DNA of 64,000 nucleotides, from positions 53,444,001 to 53,508,000 of the forward strand of contig NC_043013.1 of the NCBI RefSeq assembly GCF_006345805.1, read 5' to 3'. Below are positions 24,959-40,111 of the stretch, one piece after another; the stretch's first letter is position 1, and every line of letters begins with the position of its first letter. The DNA is from Octopus sinensis. Taxonomy: Eukaryota. Under the pieces are notes generated by a model. It did no database searches. It saw only the letters and a program-made list of their open reading frames with translations, and had not been told where the DNA came from. Both the position numbers and the translations under genes were made by a program.

Positions 24959-27900
24959 CAGCTCCACCATGAATAACAACATGGATGCGCTACAACGAAC
25001 CCTCCATTCAAAAACAAATTTAATGTAATAACATTGGCGGATTGCGATAAAGGAACCTATGGAAGACTTCAATGAATCGGCCTTTTAAAGAAAATAATAA
25101 CATAAACAAAATTTTACTGCCATACAAAATACAGTTTCTCCCATGCACGATGTCTCTGTACAACGTGTGTGAAAGGCACATGCGAAATCAAAATTAGAAA
25201 GTTTACAAATTATAAAATATAAGGTGGAACAAAACAGTAAGTACGTAAATTGATTTATTACGCATACATTCGAATGTCTACACAATCATATATACATTTT
25301 AATACCCATAGGACTACACATACATCCCAATGCTTACACAACTACGTGAAATTTACAGGACACAACATACACGCTTTTGAAAGCACGTGTCATAAACGAA
25401 ACAAAAAAATAAAACATTTTTTATTTTTCTATTTTATGAGCTAACACAGAGAGTGAACAATTCATACGCTTAGAAACATCACAAAAAAACTATGAACGGA
25501 GATAAATCTATGAACATACAGAAAATACAGACGAATATAGATCTGTTAAGCCTTAAGAAGCTACGTTACGAGCAATGTTTTCCTTCAGAAAACTCGGAGG
25601 CGGTGTTGTCTCAAAAAATTAATTCTAAACAGACACATCCGTCCCCTAATGTCAACGTCCAAGCTCGTCATGCCTCAGTGATGACAAAGCAAAATACAGA
25701 TCGCGTATCCCAGTGAGGAACTAGACTGGGTGTGAACAATCAGTACGAGATAAATGGAACGAAGTTGCGGCTAATGAAGATAGTACAGAAGAAAAAAATA
25801 TAGACCAGCCCAGGGCTGACGAAAATGCAATGAAAGAGTTAATGTAACTGATAAGCAAAGTGAAATACTCTCTGAACCAATCATAAGCACTAAGGCAGAT
25901 GAAAATCAAATAGATGAAGAAAGTCACACAAAAATTGACCCAACTGAACTACATGATATAAACAATGATTGAATGACTGAAAATTAAAGAAATTAGTATG
26001 AATAAACGTGACACTCTCCCAAAAATTCGCAACTCTAACCGAAACTTGAAAATAATTGGTAAAATGCGCCTTGCACTTAGGGATTTCAGTTAATGATGTT
26101 GATATTATAGATCTCAACCACCTGTACTATGCATCCGCAAAGATCTCAACGATTCTATGTTGTGAAAAGATTAGAAAGCGACAATATTCCCACAAAAAGC
26201 CTACTTGGCAAGAGCGTATTCAATACCAAATTCAGGTACTTAGGTCTGACATAGAATGTTTAAAAAACCTTAAGTTTGACAAGACTATCAAACCAATAAA
26301 AATCCGAAAATCATAAAAAATATATGCTTGACATCGATACCACCATAGAATCTATCAAGTAAAAGGTATGTGCTAAAGCTGCCTGCGTAACATGATATGA
26401 AAAGCGCGTTAGATTCTTCAAGGACGACAACATGTTAAAAAATAACGCAAAACTTTTTACAGGAAGATAGGGAAATTACTAGTTACAGAAAAGTCTGTCC
26501 CATCAAAAGAAGATGAGCAGCGATTTTGGAATAAAATTTGAGAAGGAAAACACAATAAAATGCCCCTCGGATTAATAGAATATCTACTGACTTAGACTCC
26601 TTAGAAGAGCAAATGTGGGAGAGGATGTAATATCTGCTCTCAGGAAGTAAAGCAAATGGAAGTCTCCAGAAAAGGATAAAATTCTTAACTTCTGGTGGAA
26701 TGCCTCCTAAGAGATTAATGAACTTTACAACAATGTTTTGCAACAACTTAGCATGATTCCCCTTTGGGAAGTTAATGTTGTTACATTCTTAATTCAAAAA
26801 CATGAAGAAACAAATGAACCAAAAATTATAGACCCATAACCTGCTTAACAACAATGTATAAAATACTAACATCTGTCTTGAATGAATATACCTATAGTTT
26901 TTTAATAGAAAGTGGCATATTCCTTAATGATCAGAAAGGATGTAAACCTGGGCCATCTGGTTGTAAAGATCAGCTACTCATCAATAAGATAATCTTGGAA
27001 GATTGTCACAAACAACACAACTTGTCCATAGCCTGGGTAGAGTATAAAAAAATATTTTTATAGTCTACTACATCGCTGGATTAAGAAATGTCTGGAAATG
27101 TATAAAATAGCACCTACTCTGCGAAACTTATTGTCTGTAAATAAGAGATTATGGAGCTCAATGCTGGAGATGTAAGCGTTTTACGTGAAATTTTCCAAGG
27201 TGACTCTCTATCACCACTCCTCTTTTGTCTAACCTTAATACCTCTCTCGAAATTGCTCGATGATGTACAATACGACTATGAAATATTTGACAAAAATATA
27301 AATCATCTCTTTTACGTGGATGATTGAAAGCTTCTTGCAAAAAATGGCCAACAACTGCAGGGCTTACTAGCGATTGTTAAACAATTCAGTGATGAGATCT
27401 GGATGTAATTTGGCCTCGATAAATGTGCAAAAGCTACCTTTATCAAAGGAAAATGCTAGAAATATCCAACCTTAATCTTCACCAGCAGAATGTCATAAAG
27501 GAGTTAGAACCAGCGGAGACCTAAATATATCTAGAGATATTTGAAGATGATGGACTCAAACATTCAGTAATGAGGAAAAGGATCGGAGGAGAATGTTATC
27601 GCAGGGTAAGTGCAATACTCAAGACAGAGCTGAATGCGAGAAACAGGATCGAAGCGATCAATGCTTTAGCTATACCAGTCGTGACTTACAGCTTCAATAT
27701 TATTTTTATCTTGGCTGCCCAAAATCAGAGCTTATTGATCCGGAACTATCAAGCCAACTCTGATGACAAATGGTGTAGTTCCAAAGTGCTGATACTGTAA
27801 TGATGGGATTGAAATAGTGGACCACCTAATCTCTGGGTGTAAGGTTTTAGCATCTGTAGAGTACAAATCAAGACATGACAGAGTTGGCTAATATCTACAT

Positions 27901-28400
27901 TGGATAATGTGTTGGCATTATTAAATCAAACCGTTGACAAATGGTACAAGCCCCACATTGAGGCTGTAAATGAGGGAGAAAACGTAACTATGATTTGCGA
28001 CTAAATGTCGGCGGAACGGTTAAGTCGATTACATCGATCGCAGTGCTCAACTGCTACTTTATTTTATAGAACCGGAAAGGATCTAAGGCAAAAGTCGACC
28101 TCAGCGGTGTTTGAAATCAGGACATAAAGCCGAAAGAAGCGTTAACAAGCATTTTGTCCGATATGGTAACAACTCTGCCATTTTGCCACCAATCATTAAA
28201 TCAATTAGCTCGAAGACAAAGTAAAATCTATGATTTTACTTTGCCTTTAAATGTGGTTGTCCTAATTGCTAAGGCTCTTGGAACATGATCCAAAGGTGTT
28301 GAATTCAATTTGGGAATTAGGTTATTGCGACTAAACGGGAACCAAATGCAATTAGCGAAAGCGCGTGACATAGGGTCAAGATGTATTCGCTCGCAAGTGA
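24956..28400 (+). pseudogene. Decayed R4/Dong-clade non-LTR retrotransposon (RT, zinc knuckle, restriction-like endonuclease remnant)
   Basis: WKSPEKDKILNFW; NEPKNYRPITCLTTMYKILTSVL; QKGCK..GCKDQLLINK; FQGDSLSPLLF; NHLFYVDD; FGLDKCAK; LNARNRIEAINALAIPVVTYSF; VDHLISGCKVLA..EYKSRHDRVG; VV.I...LGT..K near 28250-28295; many stops and frameshifts; 5' boundary approximate. Confidence 0.85.
28005..28190 (-). mobile_element. Diverged SINE family B copy inserted in the LINE
   Basis: aagtcgattacatcgatcgcagtgctcaactg...aaggcaaaagtcgacctcagcgg...tctgccattttgccacc. Confidence 0.7.
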
Positions 28401-29314
28401 TGGCTCGCTCTACTTTGCTACAAATGAAAGAATCAGTAACTTAGAAGCGTTTTCTCGAGAAAGATTATATCTTTATCCTTTATAAAACTGTGATCTGCCT
28501 TAGTTTATATATATATATATATATATAAACCAATATTGTTATAAAGTATACTTCAACAGTAAAACATGGCAGGCACGTTAGAGCGTAGAATTATTAGTTT
28601 AGTGTGCACGGTGAGTCCTGTCGCCCCGAGTTCAAAACCTCTCAGCACTTAAAATACTTTACACACCAGATGTTGGCAGAGGGCTTGTGCCTTAACTCAA
28701 AGGTTGCAAATTACCAATGTGTGTGTACGTGTGTGTGTGCGTGCGCGGGCGTATGTATACGGTTGTGAGTATGTGTTTATGTATATACATATTTTTTATG
28801 TGTGTGTGTGTGTGTTCGTGCGTATGTGTGCACTTGTATGTATGGTGTATATATGTATATACATTTTTATGTGAGTGTGTGTGGGGGATTACAAAATAGA
28901 GCATTTGTTACAATATTTAGCAGCCTCAACTGTTGCTTGTTTCAGTAATAGTAACAACAACAAAAGAAAAGAAATTTATAAACAGATGTTATTATCAAAT
29001 ATTCAGAGACCGTACTACGAACATAAATAACTTTTAAAATTTATAATTGACATCGGACGGTTTTGTGGCATGAGTTAAAATTACAATTGTGTTTCATGAG
29101 TCACATTATCAATTGAAATGCTAGAAGTAAAAGAAGAGCATTATTTACTGATCGTAGCAATGAAGAAATTAAGTACTTTTTGACTCCATTCTGTCTTTGT
29201 TAATTGGTTACAGATAACGATATCAGATTTCAAGTCTCAGAACAGAACAATCCTACATTTTATTATTAACTGACAGCTTATCAATAATTAACATTAATCT
29301 TCGTGGATATGAGT

Positions 29315-29364
<50 letters not shown>

Positions 29365-31442
29365 AACCATGTTAGTTTGTTGGGGCGTTTGTTAAATTGC
29401 TTTGTATTTACTTCGATACTTTGTGTTCTGAGTTCAAATTTGCCCTCCGTTGCTGAGCTCCATGAAGTGAAAATTGAGTTCCTCGAGACCCGGGTTATTA
29501 ATGTTGTCCTCAAACATGACAAATACTTAAGTGTCAAATGCACCAACACCTTGGTCTCATCAGCCTAGAAATCGCAAAAACCAATCGGAGTAAGTTGAGA
29601 CAGTGTAAAATAATTATCGTATTAGTGGAGACATAAAGCGCACATTTATGAAGCAAGGTGTGTCAGAAAGTTCTCTTGTATGCTATTTGCCATTTTGGGC
29701 CTTTCATAAACCATTAATTTCTGAATCTGCGTTGCTGAATTAGGGTGCGTCTAATATTTCTGTACTGCTTTTATGCATCAGATAAAGTTACGATTTCTAG
29801 TATAAAGACAAGGCACAGATATTGATGAAGAGGCGTATATTCGAATAGGTCAACCCCTTTATACCCTGGTACCTATTTTAGTGACCGGTGTTGAGTAATG
29901 GAAAGAAACCACAGCTTCAGTTGGATTTGAAGTCAGGATGTATCGGGAAGTTGCTAAATACCGCAACACATTTTGTAATTCGTGCTTCGTTATGATATAA
30001 GGGGATGACATGTGGTGAAGTGGTTCGGATGCTGCATTAGCGATCATAAGAGTGAGGTTTCGATTCCTGGAGCGAGAGGTGTGTTGCGTTCCTCAGCAAC
30101 GCACCTCATTTCACATTGCACCTGGTCACTCAGCTATACATGAGTTCACGTGTGAAGGACTGACGTCCCATTCGATTATATATACACCATGGAAACCATT
30201 CCTATGAGTCCTTAGATTAAATTCAGTAATAGCCTGGAAACTTAATTTACTATCATACAAGAAAATAAGTTGAAATTAAAAAGAACTCCTTACTTCTAAG
30301 GCGATGACTGATTTGGGTTTCACTGTGGATTTAGTGATGAGTTTCAGCAAAACTTCTTCTGTTGGCGTTCGTACTCTTATTTTAGATGTAACATCATATA
30401 TGCTAAGAGAATGCCAGACACGTAAAAATAATGGGACAAAATACAGCCTTGCTATTTGTTTCAAGTCTTTAGTTTCTAATTTCTTATCCCGCAATTATTA
30501 ACTTTCCACGATCAATAAATTATTGTATAAACCAAATACTGGAATCATTGTAATCGATGAACCCCGTTTCTAGCCTTGCGCATATTACCTTATTGGCTTT
30601 AGCCGGCGGTTGTGGCCATACTGGAGCACCACCATTAGTGTTAATGCTTGATTGTTTTAAACTTAATAATACTCGTCTCTATCTCCGGAATTGATCCGGG
30701 CAAAGTAGGGAGTTGGACCGTGCGGCCAACTCAGTCTTGGCTTTTCGTTTCACCATGTGGGTTTGTCTTGCATATCAGATAAAAACTGTTTTAAATATAT
30801 CCAAACATTTCTTGAGTACATTCACATCTCCTCGTATACCTCATGGGTGTTTTGCTGAGGTAGTCTTACAAAGACTTTTAATAGCGATTATATGAATTTA
30901 TGAATTTGTGGCGAACTTGGCAGATTGCTGCAACAGCTGGTTACGTCTTCGTCTAATCTTATGTGAGTTACAGCAAACTGCGAAGAAATACAGACGGAAT
31001 CATGTACAACGTCAGATTTCTATTCTTCGTCACACACTTCTAGATTATTCTACTTTATGAACATTTTTTTACTACATCTTCAGAGTTATATACGCTTCTC
31101 TTGATTGCAACTTATATAAGTAGAGGTGTGTGTGTGTGTCTGAGTGTGTGTGGATAGGCGAAATATGTATCTCTATAAGTCGACTTATATGTTTGTACGT
31201 TTATTCATGTATACTATCCGAGATATATGTGTCTGTACGTGTATTCAAACACACGCGCACACACCATATATATGTATGTATGTATATATATATATATATA
31301 TATATAATACACATGTGTGTATATTATACATAAACATGTATGCATATGTATGTATAGATACGCACGCATTCACATGCAGGCACAAACATATATCCATGCT
31401 TTTACATATGCAGAATATATATATACATACATACATACATAC

Positions 31443-31495
<53 letters not shown>

Positions 31496-31986
31496 CATGT
31501 ATGTATATTCACACGCACATGCATAAAGATATATGTACACATACACATACGCGTATATATATATTCATATACATATTTATATGTATGCATAAATATATTT
31601 CTATATAGAGAGAACAATAGAGAAGAGGAGAGAGAGAGTGAGAGAGAGAGAGAGAGATGGACACGTAAGTATTTTGTTGTAAAAGGAGCCAGCCCTGGGA
31701 ATATTAGAATGTCTCATTGAGTTTTTATTCCATTTATGTTTATCCATGCAGAAGATAGATAAGTTATTCTTAACGTCACCTGAATAAAGAGGTTTACTTT
31801 GATAACAATAGTAATAATAGAAGTAATAACGATATTGTGATAGCTTGTAGGAGAGCGGCGGCGGAGGCGGCGAGGGAGGTGTTGGTGAAGGCGGCCTGTG
31901 TAGGGGTAGGGGAGAAGCTGAAAATGAATAAAAGAGTTAAAAATGAATCTGAGGCAAAAGGAAATTCAATATTAGTACATATCTGC

Positions 31987-32058
<72 letters not shown>

Positions 32059-32210
32059 AAGAAGAAGAAGAAGAAGAAGAAGAGAAGAAGAAGAAAAAGA
32101 AGAAAAAGAAGAAGATGATGATGATTATGATGATGACGATGATGATTATGATGGTGATGATGATGATGATGACGATGAGGAGGAGGATAAATATAATAAT
32201 AATAATGATA
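31987..32210. repeat. (AAT)n(AAG)n(GAT)n compound microsatellite
   Basis: Directly visible. Confidence 0.95.
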
Positions 32211-33158
32211 TTTAATAGCATCATATTTGCTCTTCATCGCTTGAGATATTTTCGTCTCGAAACACGAGTACTGGGTACATCTTGGAAATTACCCACAACC
32301 GTTTTGAAGGGTAACATAAATATTTTATATCAACAGATCCTAGCAAAACTCACTTCTCGAGTGAGCGAATATCCCTTTTCATAGGTAGTTCGTCCATGTC
32401 TAAAGCGGTTATATTTCATTCCAATTATAGTAATTATGAATGGGATGAAAGATCCATTCCTTTATTGACATAATGTATTTCTTTTTCTTTTAAGCATATT
32501 TTGGTGCATTTCGTTATCTTTTCAGATCCTTTTAATACATTTGTGAAGGCATTTCTTTATTGCTATGTTAGGAGTTAGAGCACAGTTACCATTTTTTTTT
32601 TATTATAAAGAACGAACGGTCTTATCCTATATTAGAGAAATATGTGTGTAAGTTTCTAATATGAATAATGAAATTGGGACATTACGGAGATGTACTTGCA
32701 TAGCAAGTGACCTGATCTGCTATCGTATGCTGAAACAAAAACAATTGCTGCGTGAAAGGACTAATTTAATTAGTCAAACTTTTTCGTCGCTTTGAGACCG
32801 CGACCTGTTCACAGACAAAATTCCACAGAATATTTTGACTAAATTAGATTTAAATCTTGAAGTGAATTAAACGGTTTTTGTGTGTTTTTAAATAGCCTGA
32901 CAGACCTTTCACGCTGCAATTGTTTTTGAAATTGGGACAGAGTGACAGCAAAATAATTTTCATTAAAAAAGAAAGCGAAAGAAAACCTACAAGTAAATGC
33001 CGATATACGTCCAAGTCCGAATGGTGTGTCGGACAAGTGAGAATGGTAGGTTTATCGACAACTGGAAAACCGATCTGCTTCTGTAATGGCTAGAAATTTT
33101 CATCAGGTTGTTTGACGCCCACCTTTAAGTGTTAGTAATTTACAATTTCTAAGATGGA

Positions 33159-33236
33159 ACAGTAATCTCTGATTAGTCTTCGTAACAGTAATCTCTGATT
33201 AGCCTTCATAGCAGTAATCTCTGAATCGTCTTCATT
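33159..33236 (+). repeat. Three tandem 26-bp units
   Basis: acagtaatctctgattagtcttcgta / acagtaatctctgattagccttcata / gcagtaatctctgaatcgtcttcatt. Confidence 0.9.
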
Positions 33237-34555
33237 TAACTGATTAATCAGGAACTGGAATAAAATCAGAGAAGTTAAGACTTTAATGAAAGCCTTCTTC
33301 ACTTCAAATCGATATCAAGATTTTTAATTTACTCTGTTACTAAATTCTACAAACTGAGACTAAAAATTATTTGTTCCAATTTCCTTCTTGTAATTATAAA
33401 AAAAAATTCTAAGAACTTGGTAAATATTTTCACTGATATATACCAGTTTTATCTATCTTTTAGTTTTTGTGATTGGAATTGTATTCTTTATTATCGATTT
33501 TAAGAATTCTACTAATTCTCGAAGAAGCTTAATAAATTGTATTCGGGAAATTCGGTTATTATATTTAACTGGTTCCTTCAAAATATCTTATATAAGTTCT
33601 CTTTGAAAAGCTCAAAATCTCATTAGTAGGATTCAAGTTGAAAATTTAGATGTACAAATATCCGTAACTTGCTTCTTATGCATAAAATAAAATGTAATGA
33701 AAGCAGAGAGCTTCTTGTAAGGCGAGGAGAGAACGGTTTAATAGCCCTTTCATATTTCAGACAAAAAAGCACATCTTTAGAAGAGAACGGATTAAAAATG
33801 TCAGTCTATGCATTTACGATTCTGTTTCTTTATTCCGTTCACCTCTGTTGATAGGCCTTTGTGCCTAAGATGTATAAAAGCTATTGAAATCTTCTCTTTT
33901 CAATTTATAAGGAACCTTCCGTTACCATTATTCTGTTATCTTGCTTCCTTATCACATTGCCTTAAAGAAGTTGAAACGATCTTCAACTTTTTTCAGTTGT
34001 TCCGACCTGCGGCTTAGAAGAGCTTTGAAAATGGAAGGTCTTTCACCCGTAAACGTCACTTTGCTGGTTATTTCGTGAAATACTATGCCCAGTGTATACA
34101 TCGCTCGTTGTAACGTTAAAACGTAATTTGATAGGGATCGGACAACTATTTCTGTCACATCGATCAGCCACTTAGAGACTCTTAAGTTGATTTCGATGCT
34201 GTTTGTATTTCGTATTGCTGCAGAATTAAGGAAGAATTATAACTTTAGCGAATGAGGCTAAAGTTGTATTTCTTCAGATAATTTTTAATGAAGCTTTTCT
34301 CTGTATTTAGGATAAGTAATGTTGTTAGTGTTGCTAAGGCGGTGAGATGACAGAATCGTTACCTCACCCAACAAAATACTTAGCGGCATTTCATCAAACT
34401 ATGTGCCTCTTGTTTATACATCTTAATTTTTTTCAAAATCTATTGCGCAGACGCAGCCCTTCGCCATGTTGAATCTCACGAGCGGATTCCTTATGTGTTT
34501 AAATGTACACTGTATGTTATGACTAATATATATATATATAAGTATGTATACAAAC

Positions 34556-34776
<221 letters not shown>

Positions 34777-35052
34777 TATGTCTTCTACCATAGCCTCGAG
34801 CCGACGAACAACTTGTGAGTGAATTTGGGAGCTGGAAGCTGAAATATATATATATAATGATTGAATCTTTCTTGCATCAACGTGTACCTTCTTGTGACAA
34901 CGTAGCCTTTGATCTAATCAAGGTCTTCTTGAGCTGAGGAGTAGCCGCTGGTGTACACCTCGCTTAGATATTTACCACTTCTGAGGTCCCACTCGCTATG
35001 AAACATATGTAGCCCGGATCTTTCCCACTCCATTGCGTGACCCTTGTATATA

Positions 35053-35276
35053 CAGTGTAGCCCAAACGTATGTTTATAGTTATCATGTAGACACTTTAAA
35101 ACATTATATTACATTTAAATTTATGTCTTACACATTGAAATGGGAACTTGACAAAATTAACTAAATTAGCATAGAATAAAGGTTTTATATATTTTTATAA
35201 TTAAGATTTAAACTATAAATATATGAATGCCAAAGAAATAGCTGAATAACTGGAAACCTAATTTTAGGCCACCCTG
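35053..35276. mobile_element. Tc1/mariner-type MITE
   Basis: TA|cagtgtagcccaaa ... tttaggccaccctg|TA imperfect TIRs with TA duplication. Confidence 0.65.
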
Positions 35277-35845
35277 TACATGTGTGTGTGTGTATTTGTA
35301 TTGTCAGTGTTGTTAATTATATGATTTTACGGTAGCAGTAAGCTATATACCTCTCTGAAATGGGTACTTATGTACGCTCTTTACTACAGTAATCCACCCT
35401 CTCCCCATATTCCCTCGCAGACGCGCACTAAACAATTCGTCTAATTCCAACCTCGCTAATCCTATAATACTCTGGATTCCCCTCCATTCTTACATGTTTC
35501 GAAATATATTCTTCAAAAATATTCCCGTATAATCTCCAAACTGGGTATTAGCCACATTGGGAGCGACTTGCCACCGCCTTTCGGTTAACATATACACGAT
35601 AATAATAACAATAATAATAATTTTCCAAACATATCACATAAAATATATAAAATTCATTACTAAATATCGAGGAAAAAATAACTGGAGGTAAGGCAGGAAT
35701 TGGCATCCGATATTAGATTATCAGAGTTGACGTCAACCCAGAAAGTAGGAGGAGTAAACGTTGGCTATATTTAGAGTATCCCAAATCGCTACTTTCCCAC
35801 CAGCGTCTGCAATAATGATGATGATAATAATAATAATAATAATGA

Positions 35846-35892
<47 letters not shown>

Positions 35893-36018
35893 TGATGATG
35901 ATGATGATAATAATAATAATAAAGATGATGATGATGATAATAATAATAATAACAATAACAACAATAATAATATTAACAACAAACAACAACAACAACAATA
36001 ATAATAATAATAATAAAT

Positions 36019-36225
36019 ATTCAGACAAATACATAACAAAAACACCAGGACTTACGAAAACTTATAGCATACAGAAAATCGCACTACTAGGCACTGCACA
36101 CATCCTACGCTGAACACTTTCAATACAGTAAACATAAGAGCATCACAACAAATCACAACACATACCAAAGGCACACAGAGCTGCGCTCGGTAGTGAAGTG
36201 AAAGCACGCTATAAAAATAAAACTA

Positions 36226-36230
<5 letters not shown>
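36019..36230 (+). mobile_element. 5'-truncated 3' end of an R4/Dong-clade LINE in (TAA)n
   Basis: Translates KTPGLTKTYSIQKIALLGTAHILR (typical C-terminus), short 3' UTR, (TAA)n on both flanks. Confidence 0.8.
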
Positions 36231-36258
<28 letters not shown>

Positions 36259-36412
36259 TATAATGAAGATGATGGTGGTGGTGGTAGTGGTGGTGGTGAT
36301 GATGATGATGACGAAGGTGATGGCGATGACATGGTGATGATAACGATCTGGTAAAGGCAAAAATGACGTAAAGTAATACAGAAGGTTTAGTATATTGAAA
36401 GATATTTCATCG

Positions 36413-36644
36413 CTTCTTCTTTTTCTTCTTCTTCTTCTTCTTCTTCTTCTTTCTTCTTCTTCTTCTTCTTCTTCTTCTTCTTCTTCTTCTTCTTCTTCGC
36501 CAATTTCTGTAATAAAAAAAAAGAGATAGTCTGTTGAAGGCGAGATGACGTAAAGAAATCTGTTAGATTCTCTGATGGGATTAAAAGTCAGAGTTTAGTC
36601 TTGTCTTGATTTCTACTTTCTATCTTTAGACTACTAATACGATA

Positions 36645-36724
<80 letters not shown>
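36413..36724. repeat. (CTT)n and (CTA)n microsatellites
   Basis: ~36413-36497 and ~36646-36724. Confidence 0.95.
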
Positions 36725-36998
36725 AGATACACACACAGGCACAACATATGCACACACATGGATATATGAAATATACAGATACATATATGTATGTATAAAT
36801 ATATATATATGTGTGTGTGTGTGTGTTTGTGTGTATTTATAAATGCATCGATATATATATATGTATATAAATACGCATACAAGTGAATCTATCTACGCAC
36901 GCACATACACAACCATATATATGTATATATATATATGAAACATGAATTATTAACTATGTATATATACACACACAACACACACACACACCACCACACAC

Positions 36999-37055
<57 letters not shown>

Positions 37056-37624
37056 ACATATATATGTGTGTGTATGAAGTATGAAGGCCTAAAAAAATGT
37101 CAGTAGCATCCGTTTGTTGGTGCATTTTTAGGATTCTGCCCGAGGAATCTGGAATTTGGTTGTCTGCATCGCTGCTACTTGCAATTCCTTCTCTCTTTTA
37201 TTATATTTAATCTAACCAGATCAATTCTCGTTTCAATACCTCAACGATATTATTCCACAAAATCTCTTCTATTGCATCGCTTCATCACATTATTTGGCCT
37301 TTTACTCTATCTTCCGTTTCTTCTGTGATATCTTCGCCATTTTACGTTTCTTTTTCGTAGGCTTCTGTATGATTTTCTATATGTTTTTGTAGGTTTTTAT
37401 ACAAATGTTATTTGTGTTTTATAGTTATTATATTATTGCATTTATCCGTTTATACATCTGAGTATTCCACAAGTCATTCAATCCTTCATTCGACCATTTG
37501 TTCATTCTTTCATTCGATAATTTCTAACGTCTTATTTTTTTCAATCTTTCCCTTTTTTTTCTTTTCTCTGCAACACCACCACCTCCACTGCCACAACCAC
37601 CGCTACCACCACCACCACCATCAT

Positions 37625-37657
<33 letters not shown>

Positions 37658-37734
37658 GAACATCATTATAGAGATTGCTGTTATTGTTCTTGTTTTTATA
37701 CCTATTAAGTTATTCATCTAACTAACTATCCGTT

Positions 37735-37824
37735 TAAGCAACAATACGAAAAAAGCCTTCTCTTTTCTTTATACATATATACGTAAATATACACAAGCAT
37801 GTATATAGGATTTCATATAGTATA

Positions 37825-37889
<65 letters not shown>

Positions 37890-38008
37890 TTAATGCATAT
37901 ATATAAATCTCTGACCAACAATACGAAAAAGGCCTTCTCTTTGTTTATACATATATGGTAAATATACACAAACATGTATATAGTAATGTATTATATACAT
38001 CTACATAG

Positions 38009-38040
<32 letters not shown>

Positions 38041-38191
38041 TAATGCATATATATATATTATATATATATATAATATATATATATATTTAATGCATATATA
38101 TATATATATATCTGCCTAAAAATACAAAAAATGCCTATTCTTTGGTTTATACATATATACGTAAATATATACAAGCATGTATATAGGAATG

Positions 38192-38222
<31 letters not shown>

Positions 38223-38300
38223 GTACATCTCTGAACAACAATACGAAAAAAACCTCTTTTGTTTATACATATATAGGTAAATATACACATGTATGTGTAT
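37735..38300 (+). repeat. Four ~70-bp units separated by variable (TA)n
   Basis: aacaatacgaaaaa(g)ccttctctttgtttatacatatatacgtaaatatacacaagcatgtata at ~37740, 37917, 38118, 38237. Confidence 0.85.
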
Positions 38301-38313
38301 ATGAATTTATATA

Positions 38314-38545
38314 TTACTCTTTACTCTTTTACTCTTTTACTTGTTTCAGTCATTTGACTGCGGTCATGCTGGAGCACCGCCTTTAATCGAACAAATCGAC
38401 CCCAGGACTTATTCTTTGTAAGCCCAGTACTTATTAACTATCTATCGGTCTCTTTTGTCCGAACCGCTAAGTTTACAGGGACGTAAACACCACCAGCATC
38501 GGTTGTCAAGCAATGCTAGGGGACAAACACAGACACACAAATACA

Positions 38546-38582
<37 letters not shown>

Positions 38583-38760
38583 CCTATACATATTACGACA
38601 GCAGGCTTCTTTAAGTTTCCGTCTACCAAATCCACTCACAAGGCATTGGTCGGCCCGGGGCTATAGCAGAAGACACTTGCCCAAGATGCCACGCAGTGGG
38701 ACTGAACCCGGAACCATGTGGTTGGTTAGCAAGCTACTTACCACACAGCCACTCCTGCGC
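38314..38760 (-). mobile_element. SINE family A, well-preserved full copy
   Basis: ttactcttttactcttttacttgtttcagtcatttgactgcgg...cttaccacacagccactcctgcgc. Confidence 0.9.
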
Positions 38761-39426
38761 TATATATAATATATATATAATATTATATATATATATATTA
38801 TATATATATATATCCGTATATGTATGTATGTAAAGGTATATATATATTTATGTATGGATATATGCATGTATATATTACTAAAATAACTATATTTACTTGA
38901 TTCATTGATCTCTATAGCGATCTAGCAGGTAGTAGCTTCTACTTCTGACGTACACCAGCAACACGGGTAGATATCAATGCTGCTTGCTTCTCATTGGCTG
39001 ATGCCATTTGAAAACACACACACACACACCACACACACATACATAGACACAAAACATATATAATTGATTAAATATGATTAAATACACGAACAATAAAAAA
39101 CGGTAATAAAATATCAGTCTCTATTGATATGTATAGATTTCGTGTACGTCCGTGTATGGGATATACGCGTGTGAGTTGGTGGTTTTGTGAATCTAACTTT
39201 CCCTGTCTATATAAACCTGTACATATATTTATGTGTGTGTGTATTTATGAGTGTATATATATGTACATATATACAAAAAATATGTATGTATATATATATA
39301 ATTATATATATACATACCTATATATGTATGTATTTATACCTATAATATATATATACGTATTTATATATTTACATTCTTACATATGTGCTATCTATCTATC
39401 TATCTATATATATATAATATATATAT

Positions 39427-39472
<46 letters not shown>

Positions 39473-39806
39473 ATATATATATATACATATGTTTGGTGTA
39501 TGTTGTAGAATCCTTTTAGTTGCGCATCTTTCTATGTGCATATATGGTACATTCTTCTTGATTGTATATTTGAAGAATTTGTAGTGCAGCAGAGAACAAC
39601 AGAGCACTTTGAAGAGATGGCAGAACCCGGAGACATAAAAAAAAGGAGAGGCGCTATGGAAGGATCAATGAATTTCTTGGCCCATTGAAGACAGTAAGTA
39701 AATTTGGTGAGAACAGCAGATTTTCAACGGCAGTAAATCAAGGAATATTGTACGTGGTAGGTGCGAAAAGACAGAATCAAAGAAAAAGAAAAAGAAAAGA
39801 AATGCG

Positions 39807-39845
<39 letters not shown>

Positions 39846-39948
39846 TGTGTGTGAGTGTATGTGTGTGTTCTATATGTGCGCATATGTTTGCTAAGTATGC
39901 GTGTTAATACAAGAGTATGTATGTGTATGGCATACAGGCACAAACATG

Positions 39949-40007
<59 letters not shown>

Positions 40008-40076
40008 ATATAAATATATACTCATATATACTCATTTCTATCTATTAATCTCTACTTTTTTATCGACTTCCCGCTC

Positions 40077-40111
<35 letters not shown>

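Noticed and set aside
33159-33236. 26-bp repeats (and 37735-38300 units) as a CRISPR array
   Set aside because: No unique spacers, no cas genes, eukaryotic context.
33300-34320. Minus-strand 68-aa ORF region as a gene or LINE ORF1
   Set aside because: No recognisable motif or splice structure.
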